Source of the DNA: a virus
Taxonomy: Duplodnaviria; Caudoviricetes
Virus record (IMG/VR): IMGVR_UViG_3300006092_000342
Coordinates: 32,222-96,221 of that record
Length of the DNA: 64,000 nt
Reading direction: 5' to 3' (one strand)
The notes beneath the pieces were generated by a model. That model was not told the origin of the DNA, did not search any database, and worked only from the letters and a program-made list of their open reading frames with translations. Of this stretch, positions 48,895 through 56,683 are shown in pieces (position 1 is the stretch's first letter; each line of letters begins with the position of its first letter). Position numbers and translations under genes: made by a program.

Positions 48895-49512
48895 TTAAGC
48901 AGAATATGCTTTCATATCTGGCATTAAAGGAAATATCATTCCTCGTTTAATATCTAAAAAATAGCGCTCTCCTTTATGAATGGAACCTTGACCTGGTATA
49001 TGTAAAAAGAGAACTTCATCTACTATACCATTATTTGGATTATCAAATAATTTACGAGTTTCATAATTAAAATCAGAATCTTTAAAAAAGATTTCCACAA
49101 GCTCAAATACAACTCTTTCTATTTTGTCCTGGTTTTTATATTCATAAATTCTATAATGAGTTGGAGGTAATTTTTTTTGATCCTGTATAAATTTCTCCCA
49201 ATAAGTAAGTTCAATTTTTTTATCTGTCAATAGTTTTCGAATATCATGAATCGAAGGCCCGGTCTTATGATAAATTTGTTCCCCATTTTCAAAACAACGT
49301 ATAGCTGGAATACTTTTAACATCTTTAAAAATAGAAGTATTTCTGTCAATTTCATCTACTTCAATCTGATAAATAACTTCTTCTGGAAACTCTTGAAGTA
49401 TATTTTCAATCTCTGGTTTTAAATTACGGCAAGGACCGCACCACTCAGCACCTAAATATACGATTGTAAATTTCTTAGGGATTTCAAAGTTGTTTGGATT
49501 AATTTTGTTCAT
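48895..49512 (-). CDS. Thioredoxin with ~110 aa C-terminal extension
   Basis: AEWCGPC active site and SIP cis-Pro loop. Confidence 0.9.
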   Translation of the reverse strand: MNKINPNNFEIPKKFTIVYLGAEWCGPCRNLKPEIENILQEFPEEVIYQIEVDEIDRNTSIFKDVKSIPAIRCFENGEQIYHKTGPSIHDIRKLLTDKKIELTYWEKFIQDQKKLPPTHYRIYEYKNQDKIERVVFELVEIFFKDSDFNYETRKLFDNPNNGIVDEVLFLHIPGQGSIHKGERYFLDIKRGMIFPLMPDMKAYSA

Positions 49513-49529
49513 ACTTAAAATTTTTAATA

Positions 49530-49961
49530 ATGATATTTTTACCTTATAATGTTCCTAGCAAAAAAAATGGTCGTTGGATTGGAGGAAATAAAATCATAAA
49601 TAGTGAGGCTTATCATACTTATGTTAAAAATACAGAATGGCTTTGGATAAAGACTCGTCAAAAATGGCTGGACCAAATTAAAGATAAAACTCCTCCATAT
49701 CTTGTAGGTTTGCATTATGTCCGATCTACTAATCAAATATTTGATTATATCAATCCCAATGAAACCATTCAAGATCTCATGCAGAAATTTGAATGGATTC
49801 CTGTAGATGATTGCAAAACAATTATTACATTTCCTTTTATGATTGATGGTAAATGGTACCAAGTGAATAAGCATAACCCCGGAGTTTATATTAAACTGTT
49901 TCATTATCTGCCTTTTCAAGCGTTAAATCCTGTAGAGGACTACTATAATCCTCTTTTATAG
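49530..49961 (+). CDS. RusA-like Holliday junction resolvase
   Basis: NVPSKKN...FDYIN...QDLM...IPVDD acidic triad pattern. Confidence 0.7.
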   Translation: MIFLPYNVPSKKNGRWIGGNKIINSEAYHTYVKNTEWLWIKTRQKWLDQIKDKTPPYLVGLHYVRSTNQIFDYINPNETIQDLMQKFEWIPVDDCKTIITFPFMIDGKWYQVNKHNPGVYIKLFHYLPFQALNPVEDYYNPLL

Positions 49962-50373
49962 TTTCTACTTCTTCTAAGAATTCAAATCTAGGATCTGCTA
50001 CGGAGTTAATATTTTTGGGATTGTCTGTTTGAAGCTCGATCGGATCTGGATCAAAGTTTGGATACTTTGCTTTCATTTTTGCATGGTGCGTCTTTAACCA
50101 AAACAAGTACATAGGAATTCCGGCTTCCCCATGAATTTCAACATATTCTTTTAATTTTTTTCGGTGACTGAAGTACCTTGTTTTTGTAACTACTTGTCTA
50201 TAAGTAAGTTCTCCGTTTATTGGTTTTCCCGAAACTGTTAGGTGTCCTTGTTTTAGAAGTTCAGTACCGGTTATTCGGGAACCTTCTTTATACTCTTCAA
50301 TACAAGGTTTTAAATTTTTACTGGTTTGAGCTATAAGTGCTTTAAACCCCTTCATTCTTTTCTTCTGACCCAT
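49891..50373 (-). CDS. Hypothetical basic protein
   Basis: 160 aa; TAATTTTG element at 50378-50385 directly upstream, so possibly leaderless. Confidence 0.65.
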   Translation of the reverse strand: MGQKKRMKGFKALIAQTSKNLKPCIEEYKEGSRITGTELLKQGHLTVSGKPINGELTYRQVVTKTRYFSHRKKLKEYVEIHGEAGIPMYLFWLKTHHAKMKAKYPNFDPDPIELQTDNPKNINSVADPRFEFLEEVETIKEDYSSPLQDLTLEKADNETV

Positions 50374-50384
50374 AATACAAAATT

Positions 50385-50420
50385 AAAAAAGGGGGAAGTT
50401 AAAGCAACATAACTTCCCCC
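50385..50420 (-). terminator. Intrinsic terminator after the beta-barrel gene
   Basis: GGGGGAAGTTA/TAACTTCCCCC stem followed by T6 on the minus strand. Confidence 0.85.
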
Positions 50421-50426
50421 CATACA

Positions 50427-50906
50427 TTATAACTTCAACATCATACAAATGCTAGAAACTATCATAAAATCATTTGTATCTCCTAATTCGTAATTCAATT
50501 CCACTTTAGGAGATACGAGTAGGTACGACGTAATTTCTTTAATAAAACCTAATTCTCCGGAACCGAATTTGTATTCATTATTATTTTCTTTGGTGTATTT
50601 AAAACCTAATCCTGCATATAAAGATTTATAAATCATATGATTATACCCAATCTTATAATCTTGGTAATCATCCTTTTCTCTCACATTTAAATAGCCATAG
50701 ACTAGTCCTTTATTGCAGATTGAATAACCAATACTGGGACTAAATGCTAATTCAGAAAGTTGCGTCCCCGATACTTGCGTATTGATTCCCGCATAAATTC
50801 TTCCTTTAGTAAATCCCACATAACATGTTGAATCTTGGGCATTTATACTAGAAAACCCAATTAAAATAAAAAGACAAATGCTAAAAAATTTGAGAAATTT
50901 ATTCAT
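50427..50906 (-). CDS. Outer-membrane beta-barrel protein
   Basis: Signal peptide MNKFLKFFSICLFILIGFSSINA-Q from ATG 50906; alternating aromatic beta-strands (FSPSIGY, LYAGLGFKY); own -7 element TATTTTTG at 50939-50946. Confidence 0.7.
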   Translation of the reverse strand: MNKFLKFFSICLFILIGFSSINAQDSTCYVGFTKGRIYAGINTQVSGTQLSELAFSPSIGYSICNKGLVYGYLNVREKDDYQDYKIGYNHMIYKSLYAGLGFKYTKENNNEYKFGSGELGFIKEITSYLLVSPKVELNYELGDTNDFMIVSSICMMLKL

Positions 50907-50970
50907 AATTGAAAATTTACGTTTTACTTTCGCAGCAACAAAAATACATTTTTTTTGAAAAAGTAGTATA

Positions 50971-51042
50971 AAAATAAAAAGGGACCGATGCATTCACTCA
51001 AACAGTCCCTTTAATAAAATAAAAATGGTAGTCGCAAAGGTA
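50971..51042 (-). ncRNA. Candidate counter-transcribed small RNA (promoter plus terminator)
   Basis: Minus-strand TACCTTTG at 51035-51042; stem AAAGGGAC 50978-50985 / GTCCCTTT 51005-51012 with a minus-strand U-tract. Confidence 0.45.
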
Positions 51043-51813
51043 AATAAATTTTCGAAACTTTCACCCCTCCTTACTTTTTATAAGTTAAAAGTACTTGTAA
51101 CTCAACGAGGTAGCTACGGCGGTTTCCATAAAAATGAAATTAAAAACTTTGCAGAAATCCTATCTATAAATCGATATACCCTCTTAAACCATATTAAATA
51201 CTTGCTTTCCAATGGTTTATTACAACGGGATCTTACAAATAAGGATCATTTTAGAGTAAAAAGAATTCTTGATACCGGTTACAACATAGCTGGAATTGTT
51301 GAAAATAAAGTTTTGCTCTCCTGGAATATTAAAGATTTCAAAAGCTTTGCCCTGGAACTTGCTACAGAGAATTTGATTAAAAAGCTAGAATACCATTCCC
51401 GGAGAGTGCTTCGTAAAAATAAAGGAAATTTATCCCAATTAACTGATACTCAAAGGACTTATGTTAATAGCAGAAAGGGTCCTTGTGAACTTAATGGCGT
51501 TCTAAAAGGGAGCCAACTAAGTCAATCACAAAAACCCATTTCATGCCGTTATCAAGGTCTCAAACTCGATATTAACAAAAGTACGGTTTCTCGTTGGAGA
51601 AAACAAAGAACTGATCTTTATTTTAATCGAATAGAGGTTACGACTTTCCCTCCAGATGCCATACCACATCTTCTAAATTTAAAACAAAGTCTTCCCGATA
51701 AAGGGCAATTCTTTATTTCTAAAGAAGGTAAGGTATGTTATCGATATATTGGTATCCGGACTAATACAAATATTTCGAGAAGAGTCAGAAGAAAAAAGGA
51801 GAGATCCCTTTAA
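51025..51813 (+). CDS. Basic double-HTH DNA-binding protein, replication-initiator-like
   Basis: FAEILSINRYTLLNHIKYLLSNGLL and GLKLDINKSTVSRW HTH patterns. Confidence 0.55.
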   Translation: MVVAKVNKFSKLSPLLTFYKLKVLVTQRGSYGGFHKNEIKNFAEILSINRYTLLNHIKYLLSNGLLQRDLTNKDHFRVKRILDTGYNIAGIVENKVLLSWNIKDFKSFALELATENLIKKLEYHSRRVLRKNKGNLSQLTDTQRTYVNSRKGPCELNGVLKGSQLSQSQKPISCRYQGLKLDINKSTVSRWRKQRTDLYFNRIEVTTFPPDAIPHLLNLKQSLPDKGQFFISKEGKVCYRYIGIRTNTNISRRVRRKKERSL

Positions 51814-51887
51814 AGATTGTCTCATTTTTTATTACTGCTTTTAAATACGCCGAAGTATTTAGGATTTACTTTATCAATTATTAATTT

Positions 51888-52115
51888 ATGAAATATTTAA
51901 TATTTATATTTTTATTAGGTTTCAGTTGTAAAAAGCCAATACCTCCATTACCCTATAAAGAACATATCTTTTTGGTTTATTATCCTGGAAATACTGATAC
52001 TATTATTTTGTATGCAAGACGTGCATACAATTGGTCTTTTGCTGGAAGTAATTATATTTATCAAGACAGTACTAATATCGTAAGAACTACGGCTCCTATT
52101 TTATCCTTACAATAA
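51888..52115 (+). CDS. Small lipoprotein
   Basis: MKYLIFIFLLGFS-C lipobox. Confidence 0.65.
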   Translation: MKYLIFIFLLGFSCKKPIPPLPYKEHIFLVYYPGNTDTIILYARRAYNWSFAGSNYIYQDSTNIVRTTAPILSLQ

Positions 52116-52139
52116 TTATTTACCTTTTAAATTAAAAAT

Positions 52140-52917
52140 ATGTCTAAAATTAAACAAAAGCATTTAATAGGGAAAATTCAGAATTTCCCTTTAGAAGTCG
52201 TAAAAAAAAATGTTGAAAAGACAAAAGGAATGTTATGGAGAAAAAATATACAAGTTTTTCAAGAGAATCCTCTTTCATATGACAAAGGTTTTATTTGGGA
52301 ACATACTAGAGAAGGACATGCCTTTTGGGAAAAAATTCTTGTCCATGGAAATTTCGAGGAGTTTTTTGCTCGATACCCTAGAAAATTAAAATATCCTAGA
52401 GTTATGGAAGTTAGTAGAGATAATTTAACCTGGAGATCTCGTGTTGTATTTATGAAGAAAAACGATAGATTTCTAGCTTGGGATACTGCAGAAACAATAG
52501 CAGACTCCGAATACTCCATGCAGGTAAGTGCTTGGTCTTATGCTAGAGAAATTCAAAACTCTTCTTCTTGTAAAGATAACCTTGTCATTTCTGCAAAAAA
52601 TTCTAATTTAACTCCCGAACTTAAAAAAACTCTGCAGCAACTTATTCAGGAGGGTTATGATATTCAAATAAATAAATCTAACTTAAATACTAAAAAAACC
52701 AGATCCTTCTGCAGAAATAAACCCACGAACTAAACACTGTTTTGAGATTGAAATTAAATTGAACCAAGAAAGATCAGTTTTAAATTTCTCTACTGACGAA
52801 AGAGTAATAAATCCAGGATTTAAACACATAAGGCTTACTATGGATCCCTATGAATTTTTAAATACATTCCAGGATTGGCCATATGTTGAAAATATTCGTG
52901 TAAAAATTGATAACTAA
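52140..52917 (+). pseudogene. Frameshifted hypothetical gene
   Basis: ORF 52140-52733 continues in the +1 frame from the A7 run (52692-52698) to TAA 52915-52917, with no usable start near the junction. Confidence 0.5.
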
Positions 52918-53019
52918 TGAGAAATAAAAATTTAGAATGGGCAAACAATTGGTTAGCTGAACAACGTGCAAAAAAATAAATTTGGCAGTATCTAGAATCT
53001 ATTAAAATAAGGAATAAAG

Positions 53020-53286
53020 ATGAAACGTAGGAAATTTTTATCCGGGATTCTTCCGGCATTACTTACGGCAAAAGCTTTGGCAGAAATAATAAAAGAAGAT
53101 ACGCCTAAGCATGTTGGAGTTCAGGATCCCTGCAACCCAAAAAAAGGAGAAGTATGGGACGAATCTGGAAAATGGAGTCCTCGGGGACCTGTACCTGAAG
53201 GATGTGTTCCAGGTACTAGGAATCCTAGCTATGATCCAAAAACAGGATCGATCACATACATAGATCCGAAAGGTTTTACGATTTAA
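53020..53286 (+). CDS. Small protein with twin-arginine (Tat)-like signal
   Basis: MKRRKFL, then a hydrophobic stretch, then AKA. Confidence 0.6.
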   Translation: MKRRKFLSGILPALLTAKALAEIIKEDTPKHVGVQDPCNPKKGEVWDESGKWSPRGPVPEGCVPGTRNPSYDPKTGSITYIDPKGFTI

Positions 53287-53336
53287 ATGCAATATCATCC
53301 TTTTTTTGACGGTCCTTTACCTAAAGAATATCAGCA

Positions 53337-53675
53337 ATGAAAGAATTAAGATGGTTTACAAAAGATGATGGCACTAGGGTATTGATGTTTTTAGAACAAA
53401 CAGGTCCCTACTCTTTTAGATATGTGGATATTCCAAGAAAATATGAAAGTCTTTTGGCTAAGCATAATGAAACCGCTATGTTTAAAGTTAAAAAAGAGGA
53501 CATTGAAACCTGTAGTTTAGAAATAGGAGACGAATGCTGCATTACAATGAAACATTTACCTACAGGAGTTACTGTAAAAAAAGATAATATCAAAGTCACA
53601 TTTGAAGAACGAGAAGAATTATTAAACCACCTTTTAAATAAAATCAAACAACATCATGAAAAAATTAATTCTTAG
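53337..53675 (+). CDS. Hypothetical protein
   Basis: 112 aa; HLPTGVTV resembles the RF-1/ArfB strand but there is no GGQ. Confidence 0.6.
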   Translation: MKELRWFTKDDGTRVLMFLEQTGPYSFRYVDIPRKYESLLAKHNETAMFKVKKEDIETCSLEIGDECCITMKHLPTGVTVKKDNIKVTFEEREELLNHLLNKIKQHHEKINS

Positions 53676-53877
53676 TCTTTTATTGTTTACTAGTTGTGGT
53701 TATGAAGCCGCTATGCCTGACGCGAAAATTTATAAAATTAGTTTTCAAAAAGACAATCTTTGCCTTTATAAACTAGATAGATCAAGCAGTCTTATGTTTT
53801 TTAGCGTAAACAAGGGATGGTTTATTGATACCTGCGGAAAATTCAACATAGGCGATATTGTTAAACACACTAAATAA
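53656..53877 (+). CDS. Small lipoprotein
   Basis: MKKLILSLLLFTS-C lipobox. Confidence 0.65.
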   Translation: MKKLILSLLLFTSCGYEAAMPDAKIYKISFQKDNLCLYKLDRSSSLMFFSVNKGWFIDTCGKFNIGDIVKHTK

Positions 53878-54368
53878 TGATTATCTCTAAAGACAGCATA
53901 ATAACTGAGTCTGTTTTACAACAAGGTCTTGCAATTTTTTTAGACTACCGAAAAACTATAATAATTCCTAATGTAAGCTATGGCTGGCAATTAAAACATG
54001 AAGCAGATTTAATTTATATCAGGAATCGGAGTGCTACAGAAATAGAAATAAAAACTACTAGAACAGACTTTCTAAATGATTTTAATAAAAAACATGGGCA
54101 TGAAAACAAAAAGATAAATCGTTTGGTTTATTGCATTCCTAAAGACTTACAACAACTGGCTGAAAAAACTTTAAATAGTAAAATCGGAATTGTTTGTTTT
54201 GAACGGATACTATATACGTATAGTAATAAACACGATAAGCTTGTTTTTACCAAAATCAGACAAGGCTCGTTTAAAACTCCGAAACACATATTAACTGATC
54301 AGGAAATCATTGCTATCATGCGCCTTGGATGCATGAGACAATGGAACAAACACAATGTAACCTTTTAA
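53877..54368 (+). CDS. MmcB-like PD-(D/E)XK nuclease
   Basis: HEADL...EIEIKTTRTDFLND motif. Confidence 0.75.
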   Translation: MIISKDSIITESVLQQGLAIFLDYRKTIIIPNVSYGWQLKHEADLIYIRNRSATEIEIKTTRTDFLNDFNKKHGHENKKINRLVYCIPKDLQQLAEKTLNSKIGIVCFERILYTYSNKHDKLVFTKIRQGSFKTPKHILTDQEIIAIMRLGCMRQWNKHNVTF

Positions 54369-54378
54369 AATCTTTTAT

Positions 54379-54585
54379 ATGAAATTATCAATTTTTAAAT
54401 TAGCAATCCTTTTACATCCAACAGATGAAGAAGCAAAAAATGGAATTAAAACTACTTTTATTCAAGAACCTACTTATGTTTTAGCAACTAGTCAACAAGT
54501 AGCGGAACGCCAAGCCCTGGTAAGCCTAGATCCTAAGTATAAGGATAAACTTGAACAAATAGTAGTTGCTTGTGGTCCTTTTTAA
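54379..54585 (+). CDS. Small hypothetical protein, possibly extended by a -1 frameshift to 54839
   Basis: Ends CCT TTT TAA; the overlapping -1 frame is open to 54839. Confidence 0.65.
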   Translation: MKLSIFKLAILLHPTDEEAKNGIKTTFIQEPTYVLATSQQVAERQALVSLDPKYKDKLEQIVVACGPF

Positions 54586-54935
54586 AAGCTGTTAATACCG
54601 GGCAAGATATTAACAGCTTAAGTAACGAAGATAAATTTGCCAAAAAACTAAGTAACGATAAATACAATGATTCAACAGTTAATCTTTTGTCTTCTAGTGG
54701 AACTAATTTATCATCGAATATTGCAGAAAGTCTTAAGGTAAATGGTAACAGCCTTACTTTTTCAACTGCTGACGGTGTACAAGCTCTTTCAGCAAATCCG
54801 GCAACATATACCTGTGCTGCAAATATTATGCAAAAATAGAATTATAACTACTTGGACCACTAACTACCTACTGACTGTGGTTTAAATAAAACTCAGGGTT
54901 TTGCCTAGTAGTTTTTTTAATTTAAACACCTAACA

Positions 54936-55403
54936 ATGTCTAAAGAAAAATATTATACCCCTAGTCTAAATGAATTTCATATCGGGTTTAGATATGAAGC
55001 CTCTAGAGAAGCTAAGTTAATACAAGAAGGTAAAGGCAATACTTGGTATTCTAATTCAATAGAATGTTTACAGGATTTTGAAATTTTGGGACTTTGTGAA
55101 AATTTAAGAGTATCTTATTTAGATCGGACTGATATTGAAGACTTGGGTTGGAGTGGCTATAAAAGAAGTACATGTGATTGGTATTATATAAAAGGATTTT
55201 ATACGCTTAAAAACCAATTAAGATATAGAGCTTTTAGACTTCTTCATTGTCGTGATAGAAATACTGTGAAAATAACTGGCTTTGAATATGAACATCAACT
55301 TAATGAAAAAACTGAATTTGATGATCTTTTTAATGGAGAATGTAAGAATTATAATGAATTAAAAAATATAATGAGTGCACTTGGAATTATCCAAAAAACT
55401 TAA
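54936..55403 (+). CDS. Hypothetical phage protein
   Basis: 155 aa ORF with AT-rich leader. Confidence 0.7.
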   Translation: MSKEKYYTPSLNEFHIGFRYEASREAKLIQEGKGNTWYSNSIECLQDFEILGLCENLRVSYLDRTDIEDLGWSGYKRSTCDWYYIKGFYTLKNQLRYRAFRLLHCRDRNTVKITGFEYEHQLNEKTEFDDLFNGECKNYNELKNIMSALGIIQKT

Positions 55404-55446
55404 AATAAATATTTGAAGGATCCTGTTGGAAATTTATAAAATACCA

Positions 55447-55454
55447 TATATTTG
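55447..55454 (+). promoter_or_regulatory. Bacteroidota -7 element TATATTTG for the tRNA unit
   Basis: TAnnTTTG 3 nt before the tRNA-Met 5' end; GTTG at 55425-55428 is a possible -33. Confidence 0.75.
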
Positions 55455-55457
55455 TCA

Positions 55458-55530
55458 CGCGAGGTGGAGCAGTTGGCAGCTCGTTGGACTCATAATCCAA
55501 AGGTCGCAAGTTCGAATCTTGTCCTCGCAA
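55458..55530 (+). tRNA. tRNA-Met(CAU), initiator-like
   Basis: Cloverleaf CGCGAGG / GAGC-GCTC / TTGGA-CTCATAA-TCCAA / GCAAG-TTCGAAT-CTTGT / CCTCGCA-A; C1:A72 mismatch, A11-U24; no encoded CCA. Confidence 0.95.
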
Positions 55531-55547
55531 CAAAACCCTTAATAGCC

Positions 55548-55610
55548 ATGAAAGCTTATTTTAATCTGCAAAATTCGGAACGTTTTTCTACCAAAAGTGG
55601 ACCGGAATAG
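55548..55610 (+). CDS. 20-aa leader peptide MKAYFNLQNSERFSTKSGPE of a candidate attenuator
   Basis: ATG 55548 to TAG 55610, between the two tRNAs; its 3' end is complementary to the downstream terminator. Confidence 0.5.
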   Translation: MKAYFNLQNSERFSTKSGPE

Positions 55611-55640
55611 CTATGCATTAATTTAAGCAAGCAGAATTAA

Positions 55641-55674
55641 AAGAGCCCTGGTCCATGCCGGGGCTTTTGCGTTT
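55641..55674 (+). terminator. Terminator (probably conditional) immediately before tRNA-Glu
   Basis: AGCCCTGG-TCCATG-CCGGGGCT followed by TTTGCGTTT. Confidence 0.7.
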
Positions 55675-55676
55675 AT

Positions 55677-55751
55677 GGCGCTGTTGACAAATTGGAATAA
55701 GTCACCACACTTTCACTGTGGACAATATGGGTTCGAACCCCATCGGCGCTA
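55677..55751 (+). tRNA. tRNA-Glu(UUC)
   Basis: GGCGCTG / GAC-GTC / CCACA-CTTTCAC-TGTGG / ATGGG-TTCGAAC-CCCAT / CGGCGCT-A. Confidence 0.93.
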
Positions 55752-55860
55752 CTAAATATCCAAGTATAATTGGAAAACATCGATTTCCGATCACAATAGA
55801 TTCAAGCCTTATTACCCGGAATATTGCTATCTTGTATTTGTGAAACCCAGTAAATATATC

Positions 55861-56103
55861 ATGACTATAACTCAAACCAATGCTTTATTACTTAAAGCCG
55901 AACTCAAGAATCCCCAAATTTGGGATCCCTATCTGACAATACAATCTGAGAATGATGGGAGCCTGACTATGCTACAAGGCGCTAATTCCGAAATAAATGA
56001 GGATGCTGATATTCAGTGGCCAGCCGGGGAAGAACTCCCTCAAAATGGAATGGAATCCGGAATTATTTATAATAATTTTGAATTTCAGACTTATTTGAAT
56101 TAA
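55861..56103 (+). CDS. Small acidic hypothetical protein
   Basis: ATG at 55861 within the tracked ORF. Confidence 0.55.
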   Translation: MTITQTNALLLKAELKNPQIWDPYLTIQSENDGSLTMLQGANSEINEDADIQWPAGEELPQNGMESGIIYNNFEFQTYLN

Positions 56104-56218
56104 TTTTGAAGTCTCTGGTTAATTTTACAAACCTTTTTGCTTCAGATCAGAGTGTGCCCTGGATCTCCCGATCACAGGGCTCTTAAGAAATTTCATAAGC
56201 AGTTTTTAATAATCGAAC

Positions 56219-56248
56219 TAAGTAAGGGGAGAAATCCCCTTACTTTTT
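56219..56248. terminator. Terminator between convergent genes
   Basis: AAGTAAGGGGA-GAAA-TCCCCTTACTT followed by a T-run. Confidence 0.8.
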
Positions 56249-56562
56249 TAAGAAGTAGGTTTTTCTTTCTCAGGTTTCGAACCTACAGGTACTTCCAGGC
56301 CTAAATCTATACTTGCTTTTTTATACACGTTCAGGGCCCCTAGGACCAAAACAAAACCTATAAGCATTACAACACCTACACCAATCCACATCAGTATGTA
56401 CCGGTAATGTAATCCCGCGGATCCTATTAAAATTCCTACAAAAAACACTAGAACTCTTCGTATAATATGGACATGTTTTTTCAAAAATAGAGATCCTACA
56501 AAGGAAAGTACTATCCCAAGAATACTCAGGTTTAATAAAAATGGAACTACATTTGCTAACAT
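56248..56562 (-). CDS. Three-TM membrane protein (holin-like topology)
   Basis: Three hydrophobic segments and a charged C-tail; lone minus-strand gene in this block. Confidence 0.6.
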   Translation of the reverse strand: MLANVVPFLLNLSILGIVLSFVGSLFLKKHVHIIRRVLVFFVGILIGSAGLHYRYILMWIGVGVVMLIGFVLVLGALNVYKKASIDLGLEVPVGSKPEKEKPTS

Positions 56563-56614
56563 CTTGATTATTAATTTAATATAAATAATAAGCTAAGATA
56601 AAACTATTTATAAC

Positions 56615-56637
56615 AATGCTAAAAATTTTTTAGCATT
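56615..56637. promoter_or_regulatory. Perfect 11-1-11 palindrome (operator candidate)
   Basis: AATGCTAAAAA-T-TTTTTAGCATT between divergent genes. Confidence 0.55.
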
Positions 56638-56683
56638 TTATTTTACCTTTACGACAACAATTTTTATTAAAAATAATAAATCC

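Noticed and set aside
53337-53675. Peptide release factor / ArfB homologue
   Set aside because: Only the HLPTG strand matches; the catalytic GGQ is absent.
55757-55823. Third tRNA after tRNA-Glu
   Set aside because: Has D-loop-like TAATTGG and T-loop-like TTCAAG, but acceptor and anticodon stems do not form; at most a remnant.
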